From Spirochaetota bacterium (lineage in GTDB: Bacteria; Spirochaetota; UBA4802; UBA5550), in NCBI GenBank assembly GCA_963663865.1, contig OY760686.1:1632001-1696000 (forward strand): DNA of 64,000 nt, read 5' to 3'. Below the pieces are notes generated by a model. The model did not search any database and was not told where the DNA came from. It saw only the letters and a program-made list of their open reading frames with translations. Both the position numbers and the translations under genes were made by a program. Below, piece by piece: positions 42,378 through 52,387 of this stretch. Position 1 is the stretch's first letter. Each line of letters opens with the position of its first letter.

Positions 42378-43502
42378 CTACTTAAGCCTGCGGCTGAATT
42401 CATCCTGAATCTGACTTTGCAGAGGGTGATTGAAGTAGAGCCTGACCTTGAAATTGCCTGTGTCGGCGGCATCGATTTTTTTATTTAACCAGCCGAAGGG
42501 ATAGAGCACCAGGCAGAGCGCTTCTCTGAACACACCCGGCTTCATGGTCTTCTCGATGTAGGCGGAGGTCTGTATTAGGGCCTCTCCTATTACCGAGCCG
42601 AGGGCGGGAGTGAATATGGCGTCATTTGCGGAGACCTGTTCGCGCCACTCTCCGACATATTCCCAGAGAAGGCTTCCTCCGAATGACCAGGCGAAGGACT
42701 CAAAGATGCCGTACTGGTTGCTTCTGGCAATCTGGTAGTAGTTCATGCCCGCGTACATGTGGTATATCGTGTTTGTGTTGAAGTTGTTGGGGTCCCAGTA
42801 CCAACCGTCCTTTATTTTTCGCCAGGCGTCGTCGAGTGTGTAGTCGTAGACCCAGTCGTCCTTGTTCAGGTGGGAATAGTAAAAGTAATGTCCTATGCCG
42901 AGCCCTATGCCCAGCGATATTTCAACAGATGTTCTCACTGCCCTGTAGCATGCGGAGCGCTTTATTCCGTGCTCCCACTCGTAGCCGTCTATTGAGCTTC
43001 CGTCAGGGCCCGAGAGTATCGGCCTGAGGTTTTTCGGAGTATCAGAGAGGGCTATGTATGCGCTGAATGCCTCCTGAATGCTTTCTGCCCGGGTCGCCCT
43101 GAAGGTTTCGGCAATTATACGGGCAGCCTCCTCGTGGCGTCCCGACAGATTGTATCCCGATGAAAGTTCAAACTGCAGAGAATACGGCGCATTCAGAGAG
43201 TCAAGGGAATCTGAACGGAGCATGAGGGGGCCGCTTTTCGGCAATGATTGAAGATAGGCGTATATATTCAGCCCGGGTGACAGAGGTGCCGCAAAAGCTG
43301 AAGGGTCATAGCGGTCTTTTATCTGAAGTATGGCCCCGGGGAAAAGGTCCCTGTAAAAGGACATGTCAATATCCTCCCCCAGATTAAAAAAAGAAATCCC
43401 GGCTGGATAGGCGCCTGACGATGAAGCCTCAGCCGCGTATGATCGGCTTGAACCGGATATGATAAGCAGTGACAGCGTAATTGTTCCGATTTTATTTAGC
43501 AT
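42378..43502 (-). CDS. DUF3943-domain putative outer-membrane protein
   Basis: WD.N.F.TN...H.YAG..YY..AR, GSLLWEY..E...S.ND...TP..G...GE. Confidence 0.75.
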   Translation of the reverse strand: MLNKIGTITLSLLIISGSSRSYAAEASSSGAYPAGISFFNLGEDIDMSFYRDLFPGAILQIKDRYDPSAFAAPLSPGLNIYAYLQSLPKSGPLMLRSDSLDSLNAPYSLQFELSSGYNLSGRHEEAARIIAETFRATRAESIQEAFSAYIALSDTPKNLRPILSGPDGSSIDGYEWEHGIKRSACYRAVRTSVEISLGIGLGIGHYFYYSHLNKDDWVYDYTLDDAWRKIKDGWYWDPNNFNTNTIYHMYAGMNYYQIARSNQYGIFESFAWSFGGSLLWEYVGEWREQVSANDAIFTPALGSVIGEALIQTSAYIEKTMKPGVFREALCLVLYPFGWLNKKIDAADTGNFKVRLYFNHPLQSQIQDEFSRRLK

Positions 43503-43507
43503 TGAAT

Positions 43508-44800
43508 CTAAAACCTGATCTCTCCCTGAATTGTGAAACGATGCCAGTGGTGGCTGATCTCCCTGATCGCGGAGAATCCCTTTATGTGGTAGAAGTCATA
43601 TCCGGCTCCGACAGTGGTCCGCGTGTTAAAGTAGTAGCTGTACTTGAAGGAAATGACATTCATGATATCGTACAGTTTGCTATCCAGAAAAGCCTGAAAA
43701 TAGAAGAACCTGTATCGGAGGTCGAACCTGCTGTTGATGTAACGGTCAACCGAAAGCTCGATCTCTGCGGGAAGGACCAGGCTGTAGTAGTAGTTGAGCG
43801 CGTTTATCTCAAAGCCTTTTCTGCCGTACCACTTGTTGGTAAAGGCCTGGCTGAGCGTGTCTTCGTCTTCAACGTCTGTTGCCGTAAGTGAGGAATTCTG
43901 GCCCGGCCCAATGCCAGCGCTCCAGGTCAGAGTGACGGACCCTTCCCGACGGGCGAACTCAAGAATCTGTCGGAAAAGCAGGGTCTCCCAGTAGCAGTAC
44001 TGTATGTGCACGTAGTCCGGGTAAATGGAGTCAGTCCAGCGGACTGAAGGGTCTTCAAGATAAGGCCTCTGGTATTCAATGCCGGTGAAAAGTCCGTAGA
44101 GGTTCCTGACGCCGTTTTCAGGGCTGCCTTTCTGGCTGTGACGGCCGTACATAATGATGTCCACATTGAAGAACGGATCATTCAGCTTGTTCAGGTTGCC
44201 GCCTTCTCTGTCGTTGATGGTGATGGAGAAGTTGGTGTCAATGTAGCTTGCGGGTGTCAGAATCATGCTGTTTCTTCCAGAGAAACGCGAAGGGTCGTAC
44301 TTCAGCCGCCAGTCAACCAGAAGCCGGCCCCTGTCTTTTTCAGGAAGGACGTCCCACTTTTCATTTACCCTTGTGTATCCCAGGGCGAGGCTGCCGAAAA
44401 AAGACGTGCTGGTTTTCTCGGGAGGGGCACCTCCTGAGGTTTCGCTGAGTGCGTAGGGTATAATCACCGCCTTTACGCGGGCATATTCGGCAGCGTGTTC
44501 ACTGTCAAAGCGGAAGCTTCTTTTCCGTGTACCTGTAATATGCGTAGAGATTACAGAGTACGCAATGTACTCAGAGGATATTTCCTCTTCAACACGAAAT
44601 GAAATCCTTTTGTAGGCCGGTGTAAGGCGCCATATATCGGCTTGCTTGCCGTCCTGAGATGTAAACCATCCCTTTGAGCTGTAGACAGATGCTATATCGC
44701 TGACAATCCTCTCCGGGAATCCTGTTTCCGCGAGAGCCGAATTGCTTATAAAAAGCAGGGCAATGAGTCCCGCCGGCTTTAATAAATATCCTCTGATTAT
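43508..44800 (-). CDS. Hypothetical secreted/outer-membrane protein, probable non-canonical ATA start
   Basis: Frame of track ORF 43508..44467 stays open to 44815; signal peptide begins at ATA 44800 behind AGGGA; C-terminal Phe (EIRF). Confidence 0.65.
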   Translation of the reverse strand: MIRGYLLKPAGLIALLFISNSALAETGFPERIVSDIASVYSSKGWFTSQDGKQADIWRLTPAYKRISFRVEEEISSEYIAYSVISTHITGTRKRSFRFDSEHAAEYARVKAVIIPYALSETSGGAPPEKTSTSFFGSLALGYTRVNEKWDVLPEKDRGRLLVDWRLKYDPSRFSGRNSMILTPASYIDTNFSITINDREGGNLNKLNDPFFNVDIIMYGRHSQKGSPENGVRNLYGLFTGIEYQRPYLEDPSVRWTDSIYPDYVHIQYCYWETLLFRQILEFARREGSVTLTWSAGIGPGQNSSLTATDVEDEDTLSQAFTNKWYGRKGFEINALNYYYSLVLPAEIELSVDRYINSRFDLRYRFFYFQAFLDSKLYDIMNVISFKYSYYFNTRTTVGAGYDFYHIKGFSAIREISHHWHRFTIQGEIRF

Positions 44801-44986
44801 ACTATCCCTGTATTGTCATTTTGTCTCTGTCCGGATAAAATCCGGTTTAAGCGGACAATAAAGTGACATAAATTACGTAAAAGCATTACAATCAACATAA
44901 AATTTACTATATGGTTAAAAAAATTCACCTTTTATATTACTTGACACTGCTGTGACTTTTGATTCTACTTATCTATTGGAGTTAAT

Positions 44987-45748
44987 ATGCAGCGTGTCAA
45001 GTTAATTGAAACGGCTGAGGCTGTTCTTTCATCCGGGCCGGTAATTGCGCTGACCGGAGCGGGCATTTCCGTGGAAAGCGGCATTCCTGACTTCAGGAGC
45101 CCCGGAGGGCTCTGGGAGGTCTATGATCCGTCGATATACGCCTCAATATCCACATTTGAGAAGAGCCCCGAAAGGTGCTGGGATATGCTTTTCCCGATGA
45201 TGGAGCTCATCCTCAAGGCCGAACCGAACGCCGCCCACCTGGGTCTTGCCGACCTTGAGAGGGAGGGTGTACTCAAGTCGGTGATAACGCAGAACATTGA
45301 TTCACTGCACAGCCGCGCTGGCAGCGTTAATGTCATTGAATATCACGGATCGGCGTCAAGGCTGGTCTGTACCCGCTGCCGCAGGGTTAAGGGGCTTGAG
45401 GACTTTGACCCCGCCTCGCGTGTAGTCCCGCTCTGCGGAGAGTGCGGGATTGCGCTGAAGCCTGATATCGTGTTTTTTGGGGAGAATATACCCGTAAGGG
45501 CATTTGCCGATGCGGCTGAACTTGCCAGCAAGGCCGGCTGCGTAATCGTCGCCGGTTCGAGCGCCGAGGTATTTCCCGCGGCATCAATACCTCTTGAAGC
45601 AAAGAGAAACGGAGCAATAATTGTGGAGTTTAATATACGTGAGACGGGACTGACATCATCCTTTACTGATTACTTTATATCCGGGAGAGTCGGCGAGACA
45701 ATGCCGGCCTTTGTTTCGGCCCTGCTTTCCGTCAGGGAGGGGCTTTGA
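44987..45748 (+). CDS. cobB: NAD-dependent protein deacylase (Sir2 family)
   Basis: TGAGIS.ESGIPDFR, TQNID.LH, HG, CxxC..CxxC, GSS..V.PAA. Confidence 0.93.
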   Translation: MQRVKLIETAEAVLSSGPVIALTGAGISVESGIPDFRSPGGLWEVYDPSIYASISTFEKSPERCWDMLFPMMELILKAEPNAAHLGLADLEREGVLKSVITQNIDSLHSRAGSVNVIEYHGSASRLVCTRCRRVKGLEDFDPASRVVPLCGECGIALKPDIVFFGENIPVRAFADAAELASKAGCVIVAGSSAEVFPAASIPLEAKRNGAIIVEFNIRETGLTSSFTDYFISGRVGETMPAFVSALLSVREGL

Positions 45749-47532
45749 GAAGAATACAGCTTCTTCCGGACTCGGTCCGGAACATGATAGCGGCGGGCGA
45801 GGTGGTCGAAGGACCTTCGTCAGTGGTGAAAGAGCTGATTGAGAATTCGCTGGACGCGGGCTCCCTTGAGATCAGCGTCCAGGTCGCTGACAGCGGGCTT
45901 AAGCGGATTACGGTGACCGATAACGGCTCGGGAATACATCCGGACGACCTGAAGCTGGCCGTATGCGAACATGCAACCAGCAAGATAGCCGATGTGCACG
46001 ATATTGAAACCGTTGAGTCCTACGGCTTCAGAGGCGAGGCCCTTGCCAGCATATCATCCATCTCTGACGTGACAATACTCACGAGATCGGCTGCCATCGA
46101 CACGGGCGCCAGGCTTGAAAATGCAAGAGGCAGCGTAAAAGTATCTCCCTACGCGGGCCCGTCAGGAACCACAGTAATAGTCGAAAACCTGTTCTACAAT
46201 GTTCCGGCAAGGCGTAAGTTTCTGAAAGCCCCGAGGACAGAGCTCAAGAACGTGAGAGAGGTATTCATCAGGGCGGCCATACCCGCCTGGCGGACATCAT
46301 TTTCGTTTGAAAACGACGGGAAGCGGACCATTACATTGCCTCCGGCTTCAAATCAGGAGGAGCGCCTTAAACAGGTCTTCGGCGTTTCTGAGTTTGAAGG
46401 CCTTCTCTTTGACTCTCTGGAAGACCTCAAGGTCAGAATAAGCGGCTTCTTCTCAAAGCCGGACAGGCTCAGGGGTTCCAGGTCGATGCAGTACCTTTTT
46501 GTAAATGGAAGGCCGGTTGAAAACCGCTATCTGGGATTTCTGCTTTCCAGGGCATATGAGGCCGTCGCGCCCCATGGCCGTCATCCCGCTGCGGTGATAT
46601 TTATCGATATCGAGCCGTCGCTTGTTGACGTCAACATTCATCCGGCAAAGCGCGAGGTAAGGCTTTTTGACCAGCGCTATATTGATTCGCTTATCATCCA
46701 GCTTGCCGGCAAGGTTCTGAACAGGGTCCACAGCGCGGGTGAAAACCTCTTTTCAGGAATTAATAGGGGGGGGGATGATGGCCCTGCAGAAGAAGGCCGC
46801 TTCCGCCCGCGCACAGGGGGAGCCGTGCCGGCCGAAAACGGCGGCTTTGTTCAGGGCAGGATGGGCTTCAGCTTCGACAGGGCCAGCCCGGACTCGGCCG
46901 GCGTCGAAGTGCAGGATGGGCCTCTGACCATACGCGAGACCGAAGAATTTTACCGGACCGTGACAGGCGCCGACTTTGCCGTTATCGGAGTTGCCTTTGA
47001 CACCTACATAATAGCACAGAAAGGCGAATCGCTCTACTTCATTGATTTTCACGCGGCGCACGAAAGGTTCATATACGACACCCTTGCCGGAAAAGGAATG
47101 CACTTTGAAAGCCAGGAGCTCATGTTCCCGGCCGTTATCGAGCTTTCGCCGGGCGATTACGCGGTTCTGATGGATAACATAGAGTACTTTGCGGGACTCT
47201 CATTCGAGATCGAGGAGTTTGGAGGCAGCACTGCCGCAGTCAGGGCCGTTCCCGAGCTCGGTGTCAGGTTCAATGTGGAACGCTTTGTAAAGGACGCCAT
47301 TGAGTCAATAAAGGGAGAGACAGCTCCCGATGATATCAGAAAAAGGATAGCCGCAAGCGCCGCCTGCCACAGCGCGAGACGGGCCGGTGACAGGCTTGCT
47401 CCCGGCGAGGCCGATATCATCTGCGGTAGGGTCTTCTCCGGAGATGTTGAGCTAAGGTGTCCGCATGGAAGGCCCTTTGTACACATGGTAGAAAAGGACT
47501 CACTTGAAAAAATGTTTAAGAGGCAGCTATGA
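45745..47532 (+). CDS. mutL: DNA mismatch repair endonuclease MutL
   Basis: IAAGEVV, KELIENSLDAG, GFRGEAL, D.HAAHER, ACH, CPHGRP. Confidence 0.97.
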   Translation: MRRIQLLPDSVRNMIAAGEVVEGPSSVVKELIENSLDAGSLEISVQVADSGLKRITVTDNGSGIHPDDLKLAVCEHATSKIADVHDIETVESYGFRGEALASISSISDVTILTRSAAIDTGARLENARGSVKVSPYAGPSGTTVIVENLFYNVPARRKFLKAPRTELKNVREVFIRAAIPAWRTSFSFENDGKRTITLPPASNQEERLKQVFGVSEFEGLLFDSLEDLKVRISGFFSKPDRLRGSRSMQYLFVNGRPVENRYLGFLLSRAYEAVAPHGRHPAAVIFIDIEPSLVDVNIHPAKREVRLFDQRYIDSLIIQLAGKVLNRVHSAGENLFSGINRGGDDGPAEEGRFRPRTGGAVPAENGGFVQGRMGFSFDRASPDSAGVEVQDGPLTIRETEEFYRTVTGADFAVIGVAFDTYIIAQKGESLYFIDFHAAHERFIYDTLAGKGMHFESQELMFPAVIELSPGDYAVLMDNIEYFAGLSFEIEEFGGSTAAVRAVPELGVRFNVERFVKDAIESIKGETAPDDIRKRIAASAACHSARRAGDRLAPGEADIICGRVFSGDVELRCPHGRPFVHMVEKDSLEKMFKRQL

Positions 47533-48056
47533 AGATAGTTCTTGGAGTCACATCATCAATATCAGCTTATAAGGCCTATGACCTCTCAAGGATGTTTGTT
47601 AAGGCGGGGCACAGCGTGCATGCGGTGATATCCGAAAACGCCCTGAACCTTGTCTCTCCGCTCACCTTTGAGACTCTAACCGGCAATCCGGCTTATACGG
47701 ACCAGTACAGCAGGGACAGGCGTGAGATGGGTCACATATCGCTGAAGGACGGGGCGTCGCTTCTGATTGTCGCTCCGGCTACGGCCAATATTATCGGGAA
47801 ATTCGCCTGCGGAATCGCAGACGACCTCCTGTCCACGACTTATCTATCGGTGAGCTGTCCGGTGCTCATTGCGCCGGCAATGAACCCGGCCATGTACGCG
47901 CACCCCGCGGTGCAGGCCAACATTGAGGTGTTGAGAAAAAGAGGAGTAGAGTTTGTTGATCCTGAGGAGGGGCCGGTGGCCTGCGGAGACGAGGGAGTCG
48001 GCAAACTTGCGTCAATAGAAACAATCTATGGGAAGGCGCTCGATGTCATTCGCTGA
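47529..48056 (+). CDS. coaC: Phosphopantothenoylcysteine decarboxylase
   Basis: APATAN, GIADD, PAMN.AM, ACGD.G.GK. Confidence 0.9.
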   Translation: MKIVLGVTSSISAYKAYDLSRMFVKAGHSVHAVISENALNLVSPLTFETLTGNPAYTDQYSRDRREMGHISLKDGASLLIVAPATANIIGKFACGIADDLLSTTYLSVSCPVLIAPAMNPAMYAHPAVQANIEVLRKRGVEFVDPEEGPVACGDEGVGKLASIETIYGKALDVIR

Positions 48057-48720
48057 GAGGAAGGCCGTAATAACCGCGGGGCCGACAAGAGAGTGGATTG
48101 ATCCGGTAAGATTCATATCCAATCCCTCAAGCGGGAAGATGGGGGCCGCGCTCGCTGACAGCGCCTTCCCGGATTTCAGGGAAACGGTATTGATACACGG
48201 CCCTGTTGACGGCAGCATTGTTTCCGGCAGGCCGTACAGAACAATCAGCGTTGATACTACAGAGGAGATGCTTGAGGCTGTCAAATCTGAACTTGAACCG
48301 GGATGCGTCCTCATAATGTCGGCGGCGCCGGCCGACTATGCACCGCTTAAAGCTGAATCCTCAAAGATCAAGAAGGGCGATGAGACTTTGACTCTCACTC
48401 TGAAGAAGACCCCGGACATTCTGAAAGAGGTCGCTGCCATGAGAGCGGCAGGTCAATTCCCCGGAATGATAACTGTCGGTTTCGCGGCAGAGACTGACAA
48501 CACGGAAGCATACGCCCTTGGAAAGCTGAGAGACAAAAACCTGGATATGATATGCCTTAACGATGTATCGAGGCCTGGTGCAGGTTTCGGTTCTGATACG
48601 AATATTATTACTGTTTTTCAGAGAAACGGCGGACGCTGTGAAATACCTCTCGCGTCCAAGGTGGAGGCTGCCTCAGAGATTCTCAGGCTGGCCGGATTGA
48701 TTGAAAGGGAGGCCACATGA
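48043..48720 (+). CDS. coaB: Phosphopantothenate-cysteine ligase
   Basis: ITAGPTRE.IDPVRFISN.SSGKMG, AA.ADY, GFAAET. Confidence 0.9.
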   Translation: MSFAERKAVITAGPTREWIDPVRFISNPSSGKMGAALADSAFPDFRETVLIHGPVDGSIVSGRPYRTISVDTTEEMLEAVKSELEPGCVLIMSAAPADYAPLKAESSKIKKGDETLTLTLKKTPDILKEVAAMRAAGQFPGMITVGFAAETDNTEAYALGKLRDKNLDMICLNDVSRPGAGFGSDTNIITVFQRNGGRCEIPLASKVEAASEILRLAGLIEREAT

Positions 48721-49970
48721 TTGCCGGTATCAGGAAAATGACCGAATCAAGATTGTTCAGTAATCATTCCTTTTTTATTCCAGTTACACTTTTGTTATTA
48801 TTCTCATTATCCTTTGTGAACTGTGGCAAGGCCAATTCGGGCGCTCCCTCTGCGGAAAAGGTTGACAGAGCTGTGAAGGCCGCAGCCGGCTATCTGACCC
48901 GTTCTGTTATGGATAGCGGAAGGTTTATCTATCAGGTGAATATGGACCCTTCGATGAAGGTCCCTGACAGCTACAATGTCCTGAGGCATGCGGGGACAAT
49001 CTATTCGATGTGTATGTACTACGATGCTTTCCCTGAAAAAGAGGTCAGGGAGGCAATCCTCCGTTCGGGAGAGTACTTCAAGAGGGAATTCATAGCGCCT
49101 ATGCCGCGGAAACCCGGAATGAAGGGAATTGGAATGAAGCATGCCGGCAAGGTCAAGCTCGGTGCTAATGGAATCGGGCTTCTGGCACTTATGAGCATAG
49201 AAAAGATCAGGCCCGGTTTTACTCAGCCCGCTGAGCTTCGGAGTATCGCGGAGCTGATACTGTACCTGCATAAGCCGGACGGAAGCTTCTACTCCAGATA
49301 TCAACCGGCCGCTGACTTGCGTGACGACAGCTGGACTTCGCTCTACTATCCGGGCGAAGCGGCATGCGGGCTATTGATGCTGCACGAAAAATACCCTGAC
49401 GCACGCTGGCTGAACTCGGCAGTAAGGGCCCTGGAATATTTGGCTGAAAGCAGAAAGGGAAAGCGCAAGGTTCCGCCCGACCACTGGGCCCTTCTTGCCA
49501 CAGCAAAGCTTTTTTCACTCAAAGACAGCGGGCTTTCCGAAAAACAGAGGGAGCTTATCGCGAATCACGCTGTTCAGGTCGTAAGATCAATGCTGGCGGG
49601 GCAGGTCTCAAGTTCAGACTCCAATATTGACGGGGGCTTTACACGCGCTGGAAACACCACCTCTGCTGCCTGCCGCATGGAGGGGATAATTGCCGTTTAT
49701 CCGTATCTCCCTGAAGCGGTGCGCGCAGGGCTGGGCGTAAGGGAGTCATGCGACAGGGCCGTAAACTTTCTCCTTAATGCTCAGGTAAAGGACGGAAAGT
49801 ACAGAGGAGCATTTCCTCACAGCGCGGGCAGGTCATTAATCTTTTCTGAGAGCAGTGAAAAGTCAGGCGAGATAAGAATTGATTATGTACAGCATGCCTT
49901 AAGCGCCATCCTTGAATACAGGGAGCAGTTTCTGGTGAATGCCGACAGTGTGCTGAAAGCGCGAAGGTAG
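48717..49970 (+). CDS. Hypothetical lipoprotein, probable (alpha/alpha) toroid fold
   Basis: YNVLRHAG, KLGANG, YYPGEA, DHW, RIDYVQHALSA; FVNC lipobox-like. Confidence 0.55.
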   Translation: MIAGIRKMTESRLFSNHSFFIPVTLLLLFSLSFVNCGKANSGAPSAEKVDRAVKAAAGYLTRSVMDSGRFIYQVNMDPSMKVPDSYNVLRHAGTIYSMCMYYDAFPEKEVREAILRSGEYFKREFIAPMPRKPGMKGIGMKHAGKVKLGANGIGLLALMSIEKIRPGFTQPAELRSIAELILYLHKPDGSFYSRYQPAADLRDDSWTSLYYPGEAACGLLMLHEKYPDARWLNSAVRALEYLAESRKGKRKVPPDHWALLATAKLFSLKDSGLSEKQRELIANHAVQVVRSMLAGQVSSSDSNIDGGFTRAGNTTSAACRMEGIIAVYPYLPEAVRAGLGVRESCDRAVNFLLNAQVKDGKYRGAFPHSAGRSLIFSESSEKSGEIRIDYVQHALSAILEYREQFLVNADSVLKARR

Positions 49971-50067
49971 CGGACGGGACAGAGTCAGGGAGCGGTTTTT
50001 TGCACTCTAAATAACGGGCAGTGATGTTGATGGTATATTCTGAAGCTAAAGGTTAAACAAACATAAA

Positions 50068-50733
50068 ATGAGCAAAAGCCAGGTTAAATCAAGAGAGAGA
50101 GTTGCAAACCACGGTGAAGTATATACTTCTTCCCGTGAAGTTAACGCGATGCTTGACCTTGTTAAACAGGAAACAGAACGGATTGATTCGAGATTTTTAG
50201 AACCGGCCTGCGGGACAGGAAACTTTCTGGCGGAAATTTTGAATAGAAAATTACAAGTTGTAAGCAGCCGATATAAAAGAAATCAGGTTGAATATGAAAG
50301 GTATTCGATTATCGCTGTTTCAAGCATATACGGTATCGATATACTTGAAGACAATGTTGCAGAATGCCGCCACCGTCTTTATGCTATTTATGTTGAGCAA
50401 TATGATTCGTTATTTCATGAATTTACCAGAGATGAATGCAAAAATGCGGTACTCTACTTACTCTCAAGGAATGTTATATGGGGCGACGCTTTAACTCTTC
50501 GAACCGTTGGAGAAAAACCTTCCCCGATTATTTTTTCTGAATGGTCGGCAGTTAACAGCAACAAAATCAAAAGGCGTGATTTTACAATGGAAAATCTCGT
50601 GAATACATACGCCAGCTTAGACTCTGAACCGAATCTTTTCTCCGATCTTGGCGACAATGCCGCAATACCAAAATCAGTGAAAGACTTTCAACCAGTACAT
50701 TTTATGAGGCTTGCAGATGTTGAAGAGCAATAG
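50068..50733 (+). CDS. Short SAM-binding DNA methyltransferase-like subunit (no NPPY)
   Basis: HGEVYT, FLEPACGTGNFL, YGIDI; no catalytic motif IV. Confidence 0.8.
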   Translation: MSKSQVKSRERVANHGEVYTSSREVNAMLDLVKQETERIDSRFLEPACGTGNFLAEILNRKLQVVSSRYKRNQVEYERYSIIAVSSIYGIDILEDNVAECRHRLYAIYVEQYDSLFHEFTRDECKNAVLYLLSRNVIWGDALTLRTVGEKPSPIIFSEWSAVNSNKIKRRDFTMENLVNTYASLDSEPNLFSDLGDNAAIPKSVKDFQPVHFMRLADVEEQ

Positions 50734-52213
50734 TTATAATCCGGATGTTCTGTCCTGTCTCGCTAATCTAAGCAGTGATGAAATTTTCACTCCTCCGCAA
50801 ATGGCGAATAGATTATTGGACTTATTACCAGAAGATATATGGAAGAACAAAGACGTTAAATTTCTTGACCCTGTGTGCAAAACGGGGGTATTTCTGAGAG
50901 AAATAGCCAAAAGGCTGTTGAAAGGACTGGAAGATACCATACCGGATAGACAGGCAAGAATTAACCATATCTTTAGAAACCAGCTCTTTGGGATTTCAAT
51001 AACTGAGATTACCGCCCTTCTTTCGCGCAGATCTGTTTATTGTTCAAAAAAAGCAGACGGTAAATATTCTGTCTGCGGGTCATTTGATAATGAACAGGGA
51101 AATATTCGTTTTAATAGAATTGAACATATTTGGGATAACGGCAAATGTAAATATTGCGGCGCGAGCCGGGAGAATTATGAAAGAGGCAGTGAACTTGAAA
51201 CGCACGCCTATGAGTTTATCCATACAGAGAAACCAGAGGAGCTTTTTAATATGAAATTTGATGTAATTATAGGGAATCCGCCATATCAATTGAGCGATGG
51301 CGGACATGGCCGAAGCGCCAGTCCAATTTATCATAAATTTGTGCTGCAGGCCAGGAAGCTGAATCCGCGCTACCTGGTAATGATCATACCTTCACGCTGG
51401 TTTGCAGGCGGAAAGGGGCTTGATGACTTTAGAAATGAGATGCTAAACGATAACAGAATCAGAACCATCGTCGATTTTGAAGATGCAAATGAATGTTTCC
51501 CGGGCGTAGATATCGCAGGTGGTATTTGCTATTTCCTCTGGGAGAAAGATTCAGCAGGTCCATGCGAAGTTACTAATATGCATAATGGCAAAGAGGCTGT
51601 TACAACAAGAAAACTAAACGAGTTCAGTACCTTTATAAGGCATGGAAAGTCTGTTCCGATAATCCGAAAAGTTCTATCAATGAATGAAAAGAGTATGAGT
51701 CAACAGGTTTCTGCAAGTAAACCTTTTGGGCTAAGAACGTTTGTTCGGCCAAGAGATAATGGAGATATTACACTACGTTGGCAAAAAGGAGAAGGCCCTT
51801 ATAACCGTAGTGAAATAACTTCCGGTATTGAAATGATTGATGAGTGGAACGTGATAACGTCCTACGTTGGCTATGATCATGCGGGCAATCCGGGAAAAGA
51901 TGGAAAGAGGCGGGTGTTTTCAAAAATTGATATCATGCCTCCTGGTACGATTTGTACAGAGACATATCTTGTTGTAGGAAGCTACAAGAATGAAAACCAA
52001 GCGTTAAATCTTATTGCATATATGAAAACTAAATTCTTCCGTTTTTTGGTTTCGCAATTTATGTATTCTCATCATATTACAAAAGATGCATATTTTTTTG
52101 TTCCAATTCTTGAAATGAGTGAACAATGGACTGATGAAAAGCTATATAAGAAATATGAGCTTACAGGGGAAGAAATTGACTTCATCGAATCAAAAATCAG
52201 ACCCATGGAGTAA
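50717..52213 (+). CDS. Eco57I-domain N6-adenine DNA methyltransferase
   Basis: EIFTPP, FLDPVCKTG, FDVIIGNPPY, IPSRW. Confidence 0.88.
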   Translation: MLKSNSYNPDVLSCLANLSSDEIFTPPQMANRLLDLLPEDIWKNKDVKFLDPVCKTGVFLREIAKRLLKGLEDTIPDRQARINHIFRNQLFGISITEITALLSRRSVYCSKKADGKYSVCGSFDNEQGNIRFNRIEHIWDNGKCKYCGASRENYERGSELETHAYEFIHTEKPEELFNMKFDVIIGNPPYQLSDGGHGRSASPIYHKFVLQARKLNPRYLVMIIPSRWFAGGKGLDDFRNEMLNDNRIRTIVDFEDANECFPGVDIAGGICYFLWEKDSAGPCEVTNMHNGKEAVTTRKLNEFSTFIRHGKSVPIIRKVLSMNEKSMSQQVSASKPFGLRTFVRPRDNGDITLRWQKGEGPYNRSEITSGIEMIDEWNVITSYVGYDHAGNPGKDGKRRVFSKIDIMPPGTICTETYLVVGSYKNENQALNLIAYMKTKFFRFLVSQFMYSHHITKDAYFFVPILEMSEQWTDEKLYKKYELTGEEIDFIESKIRPME

Positions 52214-52218
52214 ATGCT

Positions 52219-52266
52219 GTGAGTAGAGATTTCTTTCCTAAACGACCTGATACAAGCCCTAAAATC
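52219..52266 (+). pseudogene. Relic 5' end of the downstream nuclease-helicase gene
   Basis: VSRDFFPKRPDTSPKI versus MSRDFFPQRPAANPKI at 53461; 19 identical nt TGAGTAGAGATTTCTTTCC. Confidence 0.8.
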
Positions 52267-52387
52267 CAGACATTGTCTGGAAAATCGAGTTGGAGCCATA
52301 ACATGTATAAAAAAACCCTGTTTTCTATACATGTTTTCGTTGATAAGTATATAATATGCCTGTTTTCTATATACGATGAGGACGCAT

